A DNA stretch of 63,092 bases, filler included, from Octopus bimaculoides (taxonomy: Eukaryota), in assembly GCF_001194135.2 (NCBI RefSeq). It is 7 parts of 7 records of this genome, joined end to end, with 100 filler letters (N's around TTAATTAATTAA, not from the genome) between each part and the next. Parts side by side here need not be neighbours in the genome. Positions count along the whole stretch, not along the records: positions 1 to 25,262 come from NC_068982.1; 6 more parts are not named here. One strand, 5' to 3'. Positions 1-11,668 of the stretch are shown here, one piece after another (positions within the stretch are counted from its first letter, which is position 1; every line of letters begins with the position of its first letter). Below the pieces are notes generated by a model. The model was not told where the DNA came from. It saw only the letters and a program-made list of their open reading frames with translations, and ran no database searches. Made by a program: the position numbers and the translations under genes.

Positions 1-300
1 AATGTGGAACCTAAAAACAGAAACAATTCCTATCATAGTAGGTGCCTTAGGTATAATAAAAAAATATTCAGACAAATACATAACAAAAACACCAGGACTT
101 ACAAATATATATAACATACAGAAAATTGCACTACTGGGTACTGCACACATTCTACGCAAAACACTTTCAATACAGTAAACATAAGAGCACCACAGCAAAC
201 CACAGCACATACCCAAGGCGCACAGAGCTGCGCTCGGTAGTGAAGTGAAAGCACGTTATAAAAATAAAACTACTGAATAATAATAATAATAATAATAATA
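1..300 (+). mobile_element. 3' end of an R4/Dong-like RLE non-LTR retrotransposon (C-terminal codons 2-178, 3' UTR, then (TAA)n)
   Basis: 2..178 translates as MWNLKTETIPIIVGALGIIKKYSDKYITKTPGLTNIYNIQKIALLGTAHILRKTLSIQ*. This matches the recalled 'IPIVIGALG...IQK.ALLGTA.ILRK' end of R4/Dong RLE domains. About 100 bp of UTR follows, then (TAA)n at 277-300. Confidence 0.85.
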
Positions 301-408
301 TTCTTTTCTATTAATGGCACAAGGCCTGAAATTTGCCTGGGGAGGGGGATAGTGGATTACTTCGACCCCTGTGCGTAACTAGTACTTATTTCATCGACTC
401 CGAAAGGA
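301..408 (-). mobile_element. SINE family B, 3' part (tail type i)
   Basis: 'ggcacaaggcctgaaatttg...cgacccc...agtacttatttcatcgac.ccgaaaggatg' recurs at 5398, 16665, 19752, 46136 and 63023. Confidence 0.8.
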
Positions 409-411
409 TGA

Positions 412-445
<34 letters not shown>

Positions 446-1134
446 GGTGGTGGTGGTGGTGAAGAGGAGGTGGATTTTCCTTTAATGGCCACAAGACATT
501 GCGCATAGTATAAAAGGTCGGAATGAAGAAAGTACTAATGATAACGAGACCATTAAAAAGTAAACACTAGTAATAATAATAACAAAAGTAATGCTGATAA
601 TTATGATGGCAGCATCGGCAACAGGGATGATTATAAAGGAATAAATAAATGCCTGAGGGAAGACATGATAATTTGTAGTGTAGTAAGATGGCAGATGAAG
701 GGAGAGGGATTACTGACAATAAAATTACAGGGCAAGCCATAAAGAGACGCAGTGACGGTATTCATAAAGATAACAAACTTGTCGAAGGCAATAGTTGCTT
801 GTTATTTATTCTAAGGAAGCCTGATGAAATGGATTGACAGAGTACATACACATATAACAAAACACATCAGTGATTCTTGGTACCAAAAATGGAATGGAAA
901 AGTAATACACAAAGTTCGTTGGAACAAGCAGGCTTATGAAATAAAATTAAATTCCAGCGTGATTAAGTGCTACTGAAGCAGCTAGCTTATTTGTTAGCTA
1001 ATTAGTAAGTGAGTCAATTAAAATTGCTATATCGGAAGGTAGAGAATTACTAATACAGACACTTGAAAGACAGAAATGAAGGAAATGAGATGTTTATATG
1101 TATAAATGGTTATAAAACTGCAAAGCAGTAACTA

Positions 1135-1410
1135 TTTCACGTGACTACGTGAACGACCAGGCTATCAGATGTTATTAAACATCGCTGGTCACATTGGTTT
1201 TTGCATTGTTTTAGCCTTCAAGTGACACCACCCCACTGGCTAGGCGAATAGACCAACATTACCCCCTGATCGAAAGATCGAAAGGGGGATTGGAACAACG
1301 CGAAATGAAGTATTTTGCTCAAGAACACAACGCACCGCCCAATCAGGCAATTGAACCCACGACCTAGCGATCGTGAGTGAAACATCCTAACCACTAGGCT
1401 ACGCGCCTTC
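1135..1410 (-). mobile_element. tRNA-derived SINE (family D-like head)
   Basis: The reverse strand begins gaaggcgcgtagcctagtggttagg (A box) and continues with a B-box-like segment and gtgttcttgagcaaaatacttcatttc. Related to 50452 and 57400. Confidence 0.7.
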
Positions 1411-1586
1411 TCTATTTACTATTAGTTAAAAGAGTTAACCAGGTAATCAAGTGTTAAGGAGAGTACCTCTATTGCTATTACAAAACAAAAGAACAAAAGG
1501 AAATGTGTGAAGGCGGGGATTCAATTAGATAGCTTAAGAAACCATCAAGTCAAAAAACATGAACTGGATAGTCATACGTGACTATC

Positions 1587-1808
1587 CTTTTACTCTTTTA
1601 CTCTATTACTTGTTTCAGTCATTTGACTGCGGCCATGCCTGAGCACTGCCTTAAAGGTTTTTTTGCAGTCAAAGAAATCGACTCCAAAACTTATTCTTTG
1701 CAAGCCTAGTACTTATTTTATCGGTTCTTTTGCCGAATCGCTGTATCACAGAGATGTAGACACACCAACATCGCTTGTTAAGCGATGGTAGGAGGATAAA
1801 CACAGGCA

Positions 1809-1867
<59 letters not shown>

Positions 1868-2012
1868 CGACTTCTTTCAGTTTCCGTCTACCAAATCCAC
1901 TCACAAGGATTTGGGCAGCCCGTGGCTATAGTATAAGACACTTGCCCAAGATACTACGCTGTGGGACTGAACCTAGAACCTTGTGGCTGGGAAGCAAGCT
2001 TCTTACTACAAA
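1587..2012 (-). mobile_element. SINE family A (CORE-like 'ttgggcaagtg', internal (CA)n, (GAGTAAAA)n tail)
   Basis: Colinear with the full copies at 4405-4818 and 17149-17590. Confidence 0.85.
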
Positions 2013-2310
2013 TCTACACTTTTTCTAATTGCTAATAAAAACAATAGTTGTTTTGGAGATAGGAACCAATGTTTATCGACTCCTAAGAAATTTTTTAATA
2101 AATTCTGAATATACATAGAATACGTTCCAGCACAAGGAATATTGATGTAATATTTCCACTGAAACTTTCGTCCAATGCATATGTCAGGCTTGATATAGTT
2201 GTTGGAGAGACCAAAGAAAGATTATGAATTTTTCTAAAGGTTATTTGCCCTGCAGAGGTATACATTTACTTATAAAGCAGTATGAAAGGCAACATTTATA
2301 GACAACTGCT

Positions 2311-2463
2311 CAGGCGTGGCTATGTGAAGTTTGCTTCCCAGCTTCATAGTTCCGGGTTTAGTCCCACTCTGTAGAACTTTGGGCAAGTGTAGTCTATTAG
2401 ATCCTCGTGCCGAACAAAGCCTTGTGATTAGATTTGGTAGACGGAAACTGAAAGAATCCCATC

Positions 2464-2525
<62 letters not shown>
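2311..2525 (+). mobile_element. SINE family A, 5' half ending in (TA)n
   Basis: Contains gttccgggtttagtcccactc...ttgggcaagtg...ggtagacggaaactgaaagaa, then (TA)n. Confidence 0.8.
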
Positions 2526-2528
<3 letters not shown>

Positions 2529-2904
2529 TACAGTGTACATTTAAACACATAATAGAGATGTCCATAATAGGACATCTGACCCGCTAGAAGGAGCAGTCAA
2601 ACTCCAAACAACAATTAGGGATAATTTCGAAGGGGAATGAAAAATAAAAGCATTTACCATGAATTTCCTGAACCAATGGTTTCAAGCTATTTTCAGCAAA
2701 ATAAAATAATTTTCTAGGCCAGCTACCGTCACCAGGAAAGCAAAAATTAACATATAGACACGAGGCAATACATAGAAACATGCCCTGTGCTTATATGTTA
2801 TAATTTTTCATATATCGGCATTTTTTGTATTTGCTGCCGATAAGAAACCGCACATGCGCGGTAGATACGAAAAATTAGAACATATATATGAATAATATAT
2901 AGTT

Positions 2905-3130
2905 TTCTATGGACCCCATTAATTCTTATCTTATTCATAGGGTGAAGCCCTCATAACCATTCCGTGTCTAAAAGCTATTATATTTTTATGATTAAATAAC
3001 AGGAATTGTATTAAAAAAATGTATAAATATTTTGTATATTGTAGAAAGATAACCAGTTTATTGCACAAATTTTAACAGCAAAATCTTATACGGACCTCCA
3101 AGAGCCAAATGGGCCCCAGTTGACAACCAA
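2905..3130 (+). mobile_element. Degenerate copy of the hAT-type MITE best preserved at 52861
   Basis: Shares 'tattatattttt...aggaattgt.t...aaatattttgt.tat...aacc.a.tttattg..ca.aaattttaac...gggccccag.tga' with 52861-53120. Confidence 0.6.
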
Positions 3131-4404
3131 CAATTTAGTGCATGTCATGTAACTCATTATTTTTGCCGTTGTCTGGAAACCAATGAAGAGGCTTTGTTTC
3201 ATAGCTAAAAGCATGTTCCTTCCTTATAAATATATATATTTCAGTGATACTCAAATAAAAAAGAAACATTCAAACGTAATGACATGCATGCAAACATATG
3301 CATACGCATATGTACATACATGTGAATAAGCATACAAACTTATGTTCATACATACAAACACAATCAACTAGTTGTATAAATTCCAGTGAGCCTTGTTTGT
3401 GGGTTACTGAAAATCGGATCTTCTAATGGACAGAAATTTGAAAAACAAATATAATCAAAAGTCATATTTACAATTTTGAAGTCGGATACACGGCTCGTGT
3501 TGTTCATTCACTTTAAAACTATTTTCAGCGATGCTTATACATTATGAAGTTAATCAGATGTTTGTAATTTGATTCTCCTTAGCGGAAAAATGCACAAACA
3601 AGCATGCTATGACGACAATTTGCAGACAACAATCTTTATAAATGTGTATGCATGATTATGATCATTCTGGTAAGCATACACACTCAATTCTCTTTTAATT
3701 CATATCAAGCCCATTGCTTTGAGGATATTTTGTGAATAAAACTTAATCATATATTAGGGTAAGTAGTAAAGACATGTAAAATTATATACATTACTATTGC
3801 CGCCATCACTCGTTAGTAAACTAAGAAGCTGAAATATGTATTCATCCCGATTCTTTCAACCAATTTATATCTTGTAGTACGTCTGAACATAGTTTAGGAT
3901 AAATGTAAACATCATTTTCGTTTTTACTCAACTCTTGTCTATGGCAGATAATGAACAGTCTATTACTATTTGTTTGATAACCATGATTAGATATTGCTTA
4001 GTGATAGTTAGACTGTCATATTGAAGAACATACAGTGGATGAAGTGGATGGTAAAAATGGGTACTGTAGAAATCATTAGCATTAATTATAATAGCGTATA
4101 GTCTCTACCAATCAGGAAAAAGTGAGGTGAACTCTTAATCACATGGATCTTACAGATTTTAACGAAGGAAAATTGTACAAGAATATTTTTAGACAAGAAG
4201 TTTACTAAGGCTGATAGAATTATATAGAATGATAATTTGAAATATAAAGTACTATAATTTTTCTTTCATACGAGCGGGAATCTCTCTTTCAAAAAACTTC
4301 AATATATAAATAAATCAGTATGGTTTGTGTGATTACTGATCACATTGTAATCTGATTGTGTATATATTTAATCCAGCTTCCTTTCTAAGAATGTATACTA
4401 TGTA

Positions 4405-4818
4405 TTACTCTTTTACTCTTTTACTCTTTTACTTGTTTCAGTCATTTGACCGCCTTTAGTCGAGCAAATCGACCCCAGGACTTATTCTTTGTAAACCTAG
4501 TACTTATTCTATCTGGTCTCTTTTGCCGAATCGCTAAGTTACGGGGACGTAAACAAACCAGCATCGGTTGTCAAGCGATGATGGGGGGGGGACAAACACA
4601 GACACACAAACATATACACACACACATGGATATATACATATATACATATATACGACGGGCTTCGTTCAGTTTCCGTCTACCAAATCCACTCACAAGGCTT
4701 TGGTCGGCCCGTAGGCTATAGTAGAAGACACTTGCCCAAGGTGCCACGCAGTGGGACTGAACCCGGAACCATGTGGCTCGTAAGCAAGATACTTACCACA
4801 CAGCCACTCCTACGCCTA
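4405..4818 (-). mobile_element. SINE family A, full length
   Basis: Has the head (ggcgtaggagtggctgtgtggtaag), B box, CORE-like segment, internal microsatellite and (GAGTAAAA)n tail. Confidence 0.9.
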
Positions 4819-5059
4819 TATTGGTAACATAATTTTGAAGACACTGAAAAAAATCCCGAAAACGTTGGTTTCGTGTCAATCATAGTTCTTGCTTTGGTGG
4901 TTTCAATAAATTTCATGAAGTCTGAGACAAGCATTAATGAAAAGTATAAATCTAAATCTAACTAACGGAGACCCTATCAAACTGAATAATGTTGCTTCAA
5001 AATTCTTTTGGAATTAATATATTTTAAAATAAGGAATGTAAAGCGATAAAATCATAGTA

Positions 5060-5309
5060 TTGGGTTGGTGCATAATTATTGCGGATTTTTTTCAACAAAT
5101 TTTATTCAATAAAAACAATAACAATATTTAACAAAAACATCTTTAAAGGACGGTCTGACCGTCTGCCAAGCAAATAGGGAGCAGTAGTTGAAATAGATGG
5201 TGAATATGCTCCGGAATAATCATTTAAAGATGTTTTTGTTGCATGTTGTTATTGTTTTTGTTGAATAAAATTTGTTGAAAAAAGCCGCAATAATTATGCA
5301 CTAACCCAA
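5060..5309. mobile_element. Mariner-derived MITE with about 87-bp inverted arms and TA target duplication
   Basis: TA at 5058-59 and 5310-11. Termini read TTGGGTTGGTGCATAATTATTGCGG, resembling the Hsmar1/MADE1 TIR. The spacer encodes GLTVCQANREQ or, allowing frameshifts, ...AVVEIDGEYAPE*, like a mariner transposase C-terminus. Confidence 0.85.
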
Positions 5310-5397
5310 TAGAATTACTGAAGCCTTTACAAAGTCACGAGTACCTTTAAAAGCACTATTTTGTTTTATTGTTTTCAAAATGATAGTAGTTACAAAT

Positions 5398-5530
5398 TTT
5401 GGCATAAGGCCAGCAATTTTGGATGGGGGAGTAAGTCCATTACATCGCTCGCAGAACTCAACTGTTACTTATTTATCGACCCCGAAAGAATAAACTCATG
5501 GTGTTCAAAGTTGGAGATTCTGAACTCTTT
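5398..5530 (-). mobile_element. SINE family B fragment
   Basis: Contains ggcataaggccagcaattttgg...acttatttatcgaccccgaaag. Confidence 0.75.
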
Positions 5531-8500
5531 CTTGATGAGTTCTTGTGTTCTTGTGTTACATTGCACAAGTGAGGGAGTCAGGTTTTTTGGATCGTTAAAA
5601 CATAATACGTTACAAAGTTAACCTGGAATTTGAACTGTCATTTGTTTTTTATATGCTGTTTAATATGCGATCCTATTCTTTCTCAATCTATACCTCATTT
5701 GGAGATTCCTTGTGTATACTGTATAGGATTCCTTTCAAAGCATTGGCTTTCTTGGGGATGACTGTGTGTTTCATTTCGTTGCAAGTTGGAAGACGGTTCT
5801 AATTCGCATGGCATTAGTTCTCCTTCCTTACGTACGTGTTATCTCTCAACAGACAGAGTTTCTTCGCAGCATCGTACCTCGTACTTTTGATACCTTTAAA
5901 TTTTGTTTTTATTTGAACTTTTTAAAAAGAATTCTGCTTGTCTCTATCGGCCTCCTTCTGGTCCCTGTCCTTATCAATGGGCGGGGTGGTGCTACTATAC
6001 TATGGATTGGGTACTTCTTAGTCGTTTAGTTGTAGCTAGTATTGTTTTTCTGTGAGTAATTCTTCTTGCCTTTATCGGTTGTGGTTGAGAGAAGGAGATT
6101 TTTTTGAGTGCCATGGCTCGTTAAAGAAGACAAGGAATTTAATTTGCTGATTAACATGTTGTGCGTATCATCCTACAGCCGACAACCTCTATGGTTTGTT
6201 GCTGCCTTTAAACTTTCAGTGCAGACAGAGTTTAGACAGATGGGTTTTGCTCCCACAAGTCTAGTAGCTGCGTCAATTATTTTCACTGCTGAACTTTAAG
6301 GTCTTCTTTTCAGTACCATATAGAAGACACAATTGTGGTATTTGTTTGTGGTCTTGCGGGGATAGGAGGTCTTGTTTGTCTATGGTGATCCTACATTTGC
6401 AAACGTTACATCAGTACTGAACGCCTGCCCATTTTATATCAGAAAGTGACAACTAGCCGGAAGACGATAACGTTTCCGATAACTCTGGCTTTAACCTTGC
6501 GTTTCTTCTTACCAAATACTGCAAGAGCAGCTTATTGGCAGGTGTATCGCGCATTACTTGTACTCGCATTTTCGCTTTGTTCACTACTTTAAAGATGACA
6601 CGTAAAGTGCCATATGGTCTTTCTATTCCAATAAAGGATAGTTCACTAAGAATGACTACCGACGGTGACTCGTATGTTTATCTTAAGTTTCTTTCTATCC
6701 TATGGTTGACAGTGAGTACTTCATTTGTAAATTAGACAGTGAGTACGTCATATGTAAATTAGACAAACCAGTTGAGTTTTGTTGGAGTGCATGTTTACTA
6801 TAAATGCTTATAGGTTATCTTCTCTTCATAAGTAGGAATGAATAACTGATAACTGATGAGGTTTTAGTAAATACTGAAACAAATCAAATTAATATGTTGT
6901 TTTGGTCCCAAATACAAAAACAAATTGTAATATGCAGTTTTTGTTTACTTAAATGTGTGTTTAACGAAAGGCACACGTTCGTATGTTTAATCTCCCCTTT
7001 CCCTCGTAAGTTTACTCCCCACCCATCTCTCTCACGTAAGTTTATCGCTTTTTCTGTCATACACAAACAGTGTGAGATTATGTGTGTAGGTGTGTCGCTG
7101 TGTGTACGTGTATAAACATATACGCATACAGGTATATGTATACACATATACTCATACAGGTATACGTATACGCATGCACATGATTGTATTCAAATCCACT
7201 TTATTTTTAATCTACACATGTCTATTCGCAGCACATTAAGAATTTCTATCTTTCAATTTGCTTCTAAAAAGAGTTTCTCTCACGTTCACAGAATCACAAA
7301 GGCGTTCCAATACTTGCACACATACATCCATAAATACAATACTCTATCATTATAGTAATTTTATGGTCGTAACTTCAGCTCGAGGTTCTTAATAATATAG
7401 AAATAATAGCTGTCAGGAAATTTGAACATTTCCATTTTTAATCCAAATCTTCTATTTCTCTTTATGGTATCAGAGAAAGAGTGTACAGAAACTGTGTCTA
7501 TCTAATCGAAATCTATTATATTCAAATATAAGAAACATGTGTTCTTAAATGGAGGCCTGACAGGAGGCCATTGAATCGAAATAGTTAAATAGGAAGGAAA
7601 TGAAATATAATAAATGATTTCTGTAAACCGAAGAAAGTAACAACAGAAGTAGAGTTACATGAAGAGAAATAAACATCAATTAAGACATAAAACAATGAAA
7701 GACATATTGACTTACAAATCCCCCTAAATTGACTACTCCCGTTTAAAAACAAATTCAAGTTACATATATTGCTTTATTAAATACTGAGATCAGAACAGAT
7801 CAATCAACGAACAATTAGAATACAATGTCAGTTGAAAAACGTGAGTTATGACCTTCAGTTAGGAGAAAAGTGGAAAAGATAGAAAGACAAACAAATAGTA
7901 AAATAGATTTTGAAAATGACAGCGTTAAAGATGGATACGTAGAAAGAGAGATGTGATGCGAGATGTTGACACAAGAGAGAGAAAAAGACAATTCGATTAT
8001 TAACACTAGCATATCATATAACAAACAAAATACTTGGCTTTTAGCACTGAAACCAAAAAGGAAACTGCTATTTCTTAGAGTCTCTATATGTTTAGTTTAC
8101 TCTTTTTTAAGTATTTTCTCTGTGATATATCGATCAATTTTTATATCACCTTTCTTTCTTCTTCATTCCTCCTTTCATTTCGTTTCCTTCAATTCACTTT
8201 TCTTTTCAACTAAGAATACTAAACGCAGATACATATTTCCATAGATCTTCATCGTTGAAACTAAAGCATTTAATCTAACACATAACTGACCACTTTCTTC
8301 TTAAGATAATTATATCTTATAAAAGTACGCTTGTGTTATGTTGTTTACATACTCGAACAACCAAACGATTGTGGAGTCTCTAAACAACAAGCCAAACATA
8401 GCATATCTAGAGTCGAAATTTAAATTTGATGCTCCGTGCATAAACGACTTAGCTGTTTCATCTGGCACGAAGTGGTTTCTATCTAATGTGTATTTAATAG

Positions 8501-8850
8501 TTAAAAGTAAACGTCAAGTCCCACCAAGAGGCTGATATATTAATGAAAATATAATTCCATTTAAACACGCATTGAAAGAGCCAGCGGAATTTTGTGTACG
8601 TTCAAGAAATCCCAATCTGAAGCACAATTGAACATTTGAGATTTCTAATCTGTTGTAAGTAGACTTGTGTATATTGTTAATGCGAAGTCGACTTCAATGC
8701 AACACAATGTATGTATGCATGTATGTATGTATGTATCTATCTATGTATGTATGTACGTATGTATGTACGTATGTATATATACATACATATATATATGTAT
8801 GTATTTATGTGAGTGTGTGAATATAATATAATATAATATAATATAATATA

Positions 8851-8900
<50 letters not shown>

Positions 8901-9149
8901 CTAAGGCAATGCGATGGAAATAACCTGGTGATAGAACTCGATATAAATATGTTACGTATGTTTCAGTATGAAGTTAAATTCGATCACAGAGTGCTAATAA
9001 GAAGCTGGAAACATAACACATATCACGAAGTTGTACCAAATGCAATGCGAAAGTGGGTATAACTTTTTATTAACTGATATAGATCATTCAAATTGCCCAC
9101 ATTGATAGAGTAACTCTTCCTCTATTTCCTCTCCTTGTCCTTTTTCATC

Positions 9150-10175
9150 ACATGCAAATAATGGGTTCCATGCAATAAGCAACATGCTGTCATTGAGTTT
9201 ATTAACGAAGGGCGGTGTGCCAGCTGTTCCATATCTACAAAATGCTACTGGCTGTTTACGGACATGACGCCATTAACAAAAGAAACAATGTACAAGTATT
9301 AAAAGAAAGGTGGACCCATGGTTGAAAGCAAATTGTAGGAGTAAATCATTAGACCATGCACTGTGACCAGTGACATGAATCGCCAGTAAGTGGAATACCT
9401 GATTCGCGTGAGGTTGATGCGCAAATAGTCCGTGGTTACAATGTATTATACAAGATGGTAGAAATCTTTTGGGTATCGGTAAAAGAGTGGGTTGATATCT
9501 GATTTAAAAGAGTGAAGGATAAAAATCTCCTCTGGAATGCTAGAAACATTTAAAACCAATTAAAACCGTATTTTTTTTATTTTTCGATTTAGTGACAGGG
9601 AATGAAACATGGGCGTAACTTTATAATCTGAAAAAGAAGGTTCAGTGTATAGAATGACATGAAGACTTTTCTTCACGGCCGAAGAAGTTAAAGAGTCAAT
9701 AATTAGTACAGAAACTTATAGTGATTTTCTTTTTTTTATGACAAGGTCGTTATTTTTCTTCATTTTCTGGAACCTGGCTTACTGAAAACAACAATCAGTA
9801 CAGTGAGACTTTCAAAATGGCTAGAAAATCTTTTAGGAGGAAAAGACCAGACAAGAATCTGAAAACAATCCACATTCACCATAACAATGCTTGACTCATC
9901 TTTGACACGAAATCAAGTAATCAGCAAAGTCAGCTGATTTGTGATTCCCCATCTACCATACAGCTCGGATCTGGCACCTTCTGACTTCTAGCTGTTCAGC
10001 TCAAAGAAGGAGAGTCAACAGATACAAAGATTTAATGGCACACACAGATGCAGTGAAAGTGGCTGTGGAAAAGTGGCACATCACTGAACATGTAAATTCT
10101 CTGAAACAGGATCCGAGAATTGAATGCAACGAAGTCGCAGTTGCATCGCTTATGATGGAGGACATGTTGAGTAGA
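9150..10175 (+). mobile_element. Decayed mariner (DD34D) transposase pseudogene
   Basis: Motif relics: gtgacagggaatgaaacatgg = VTGNETW (about 9592); caccataacaatgct = HHNNA (about 9877); PHLPYSSDLAPSDF (about 9947-9988); terminal CIAYDGGHVE*. Many stops and frameshifts. Confidence 0.85.
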
Positions 10176-11485
10176 ACCTTTGTGTGGAGTGTGGAGTTGT
10201 CTTAGCTTTCATCCTTTCAGGGTTATTAAAAAAAAGTATCAGCTGAGCACTGGGATCGATGAAATCGACTTTCCCCACCCCCTCAAAATTGCTGGCCTTG
10301 CGCCAAAGTAAGAAAGAATTATCAACACGTGCAATATGTAGGTATATATATATATATATATATATNNNNNNNNNNNNNNNNNNNNNNNNNNNNNNNNNNN
10401 NNNNNNNNNNNNNNNNNNNNNNNNNNNNNNNNNNNNNNNNNNNNNNNNNNNNNNNNNNNNNNNNNNNNNNNNNNNNNNNNNNNNNNNNNNNNNNNNNNNN
10501 NNNNNNNNNNNNNNNNNNNNNNNNNNNNNNNNNNNNNNNNNNNNNNNNNNNNNNNNNNNNNNNNNNNNNNNNNNNNNNNNNNNNNNNNNNNNNNNNNNNN
10601 NNNNNNNNNNNNNNNNNNNNNNNNNNNNNNNNNNNNNNNNNNNNNNNNNNNNNNNNNNNNNNNNNNNNNNNNNNNNNNNNNNNNNNNNNNNNNNNNNNNN
10701 NNNNNNNNNNNNNNNNNNNNNNNNNNNNNNNNNNNNNNNNNNNNNNNNNNNNNNNNNNNNNNNNNNNNNNNNNNNNNNNNNNNNNNNNNNNNNNNNNNNN
10801 NNNNNNNNNNNNNNNNNNNNNNNNNNNNNNNNNNNNNNNNNNNNNNNNNNNNNNNNNNNNNNNNNNNNNNNNNNNNNNNNNNNNNNNNNNNNNNNNNNNN
10901 NNNNNNNNNNNNNNNNNNNNNNNNNNNNNNNNNNNNNNNNNNNNNNNNNNNNNNNNNNNNNNNNNNNNNNNNNNNNNNNNNNNNNNNNNNNNNNNNNNNN
11001 NNNNNNNNNNNNNNNNNNNNNNNNNNNNNNNNNNNNNNNNNNNNNNNNNNNNNNNNNNNNNNNNNNNNNNNNNNNNNNNNNNNNNNNNNNNNNNNNNNNN
11101 NNNNNNNNNNNNNNNNNNNNNNNNNNNNNNNNNNNNNNNNNNNNNNNNNNNNNNNNNNNNNNNNNNNNNNNNNNNNNNNNNNNNNNNNNNNNNNNNNNNN
11201 NNNNNNNNNNNNNNNNNNNNNNNNNNNNNNNNNNNNNNNNNNNNNNNNNNNNNNNNNNNNNNNNNNNNNNNNNNNNNNNNNNNNNNNNNNNNNNNNNNNN
11301 NNNNNNNNNNNNNNNNNNNNNNNNNNNNGACACAACAAGGATGATAAGAGGAGAAGACGAGAAGATACGACTAGGTTGAGAATGACTGAGTGCGGCCACA
11401 CCAGGCCTTGGCCAAGTTTTTTAATACCTGAAATAATTACAATATCTGAGATAAAAACAATTCACTATTTGTTCAATATATTTAA

Positions 11486-11668
11486 GGTGGCGAGCTGGCA
11501 GAATCGTTAGCACGCCGGACGAAATGCTTAGCGGCATTTCGTCTGTCTTCACTTCTAAGTTCAAATTCCGCCGCGGTCGACTTTGCCTTTCATCCTTTCG
11601 GAGTCGATAAAATAAGAACTAGTTGAATACTACGATTGACTTGCCACCTCCCCGGAATTGTTGGCCTG
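11486..11668 (+). mobile_element. SINE family B
   Basis: ggtggcgagctggcagaatcgttagcacgccgg...gttcaaattccgcc...gcctttcatcctttcgg.gtcgataaa. Confidence 0.85.

Noticed and set aside
10239-11510. Long ORFs of 250-390 aa across gaps (also 31.4-32.5, 36.4-37.1, 44.4-45.4, 46.7-47.7 and 59.1-59.7 kb)
   Set aside because: They are open only because N runs translate as X.
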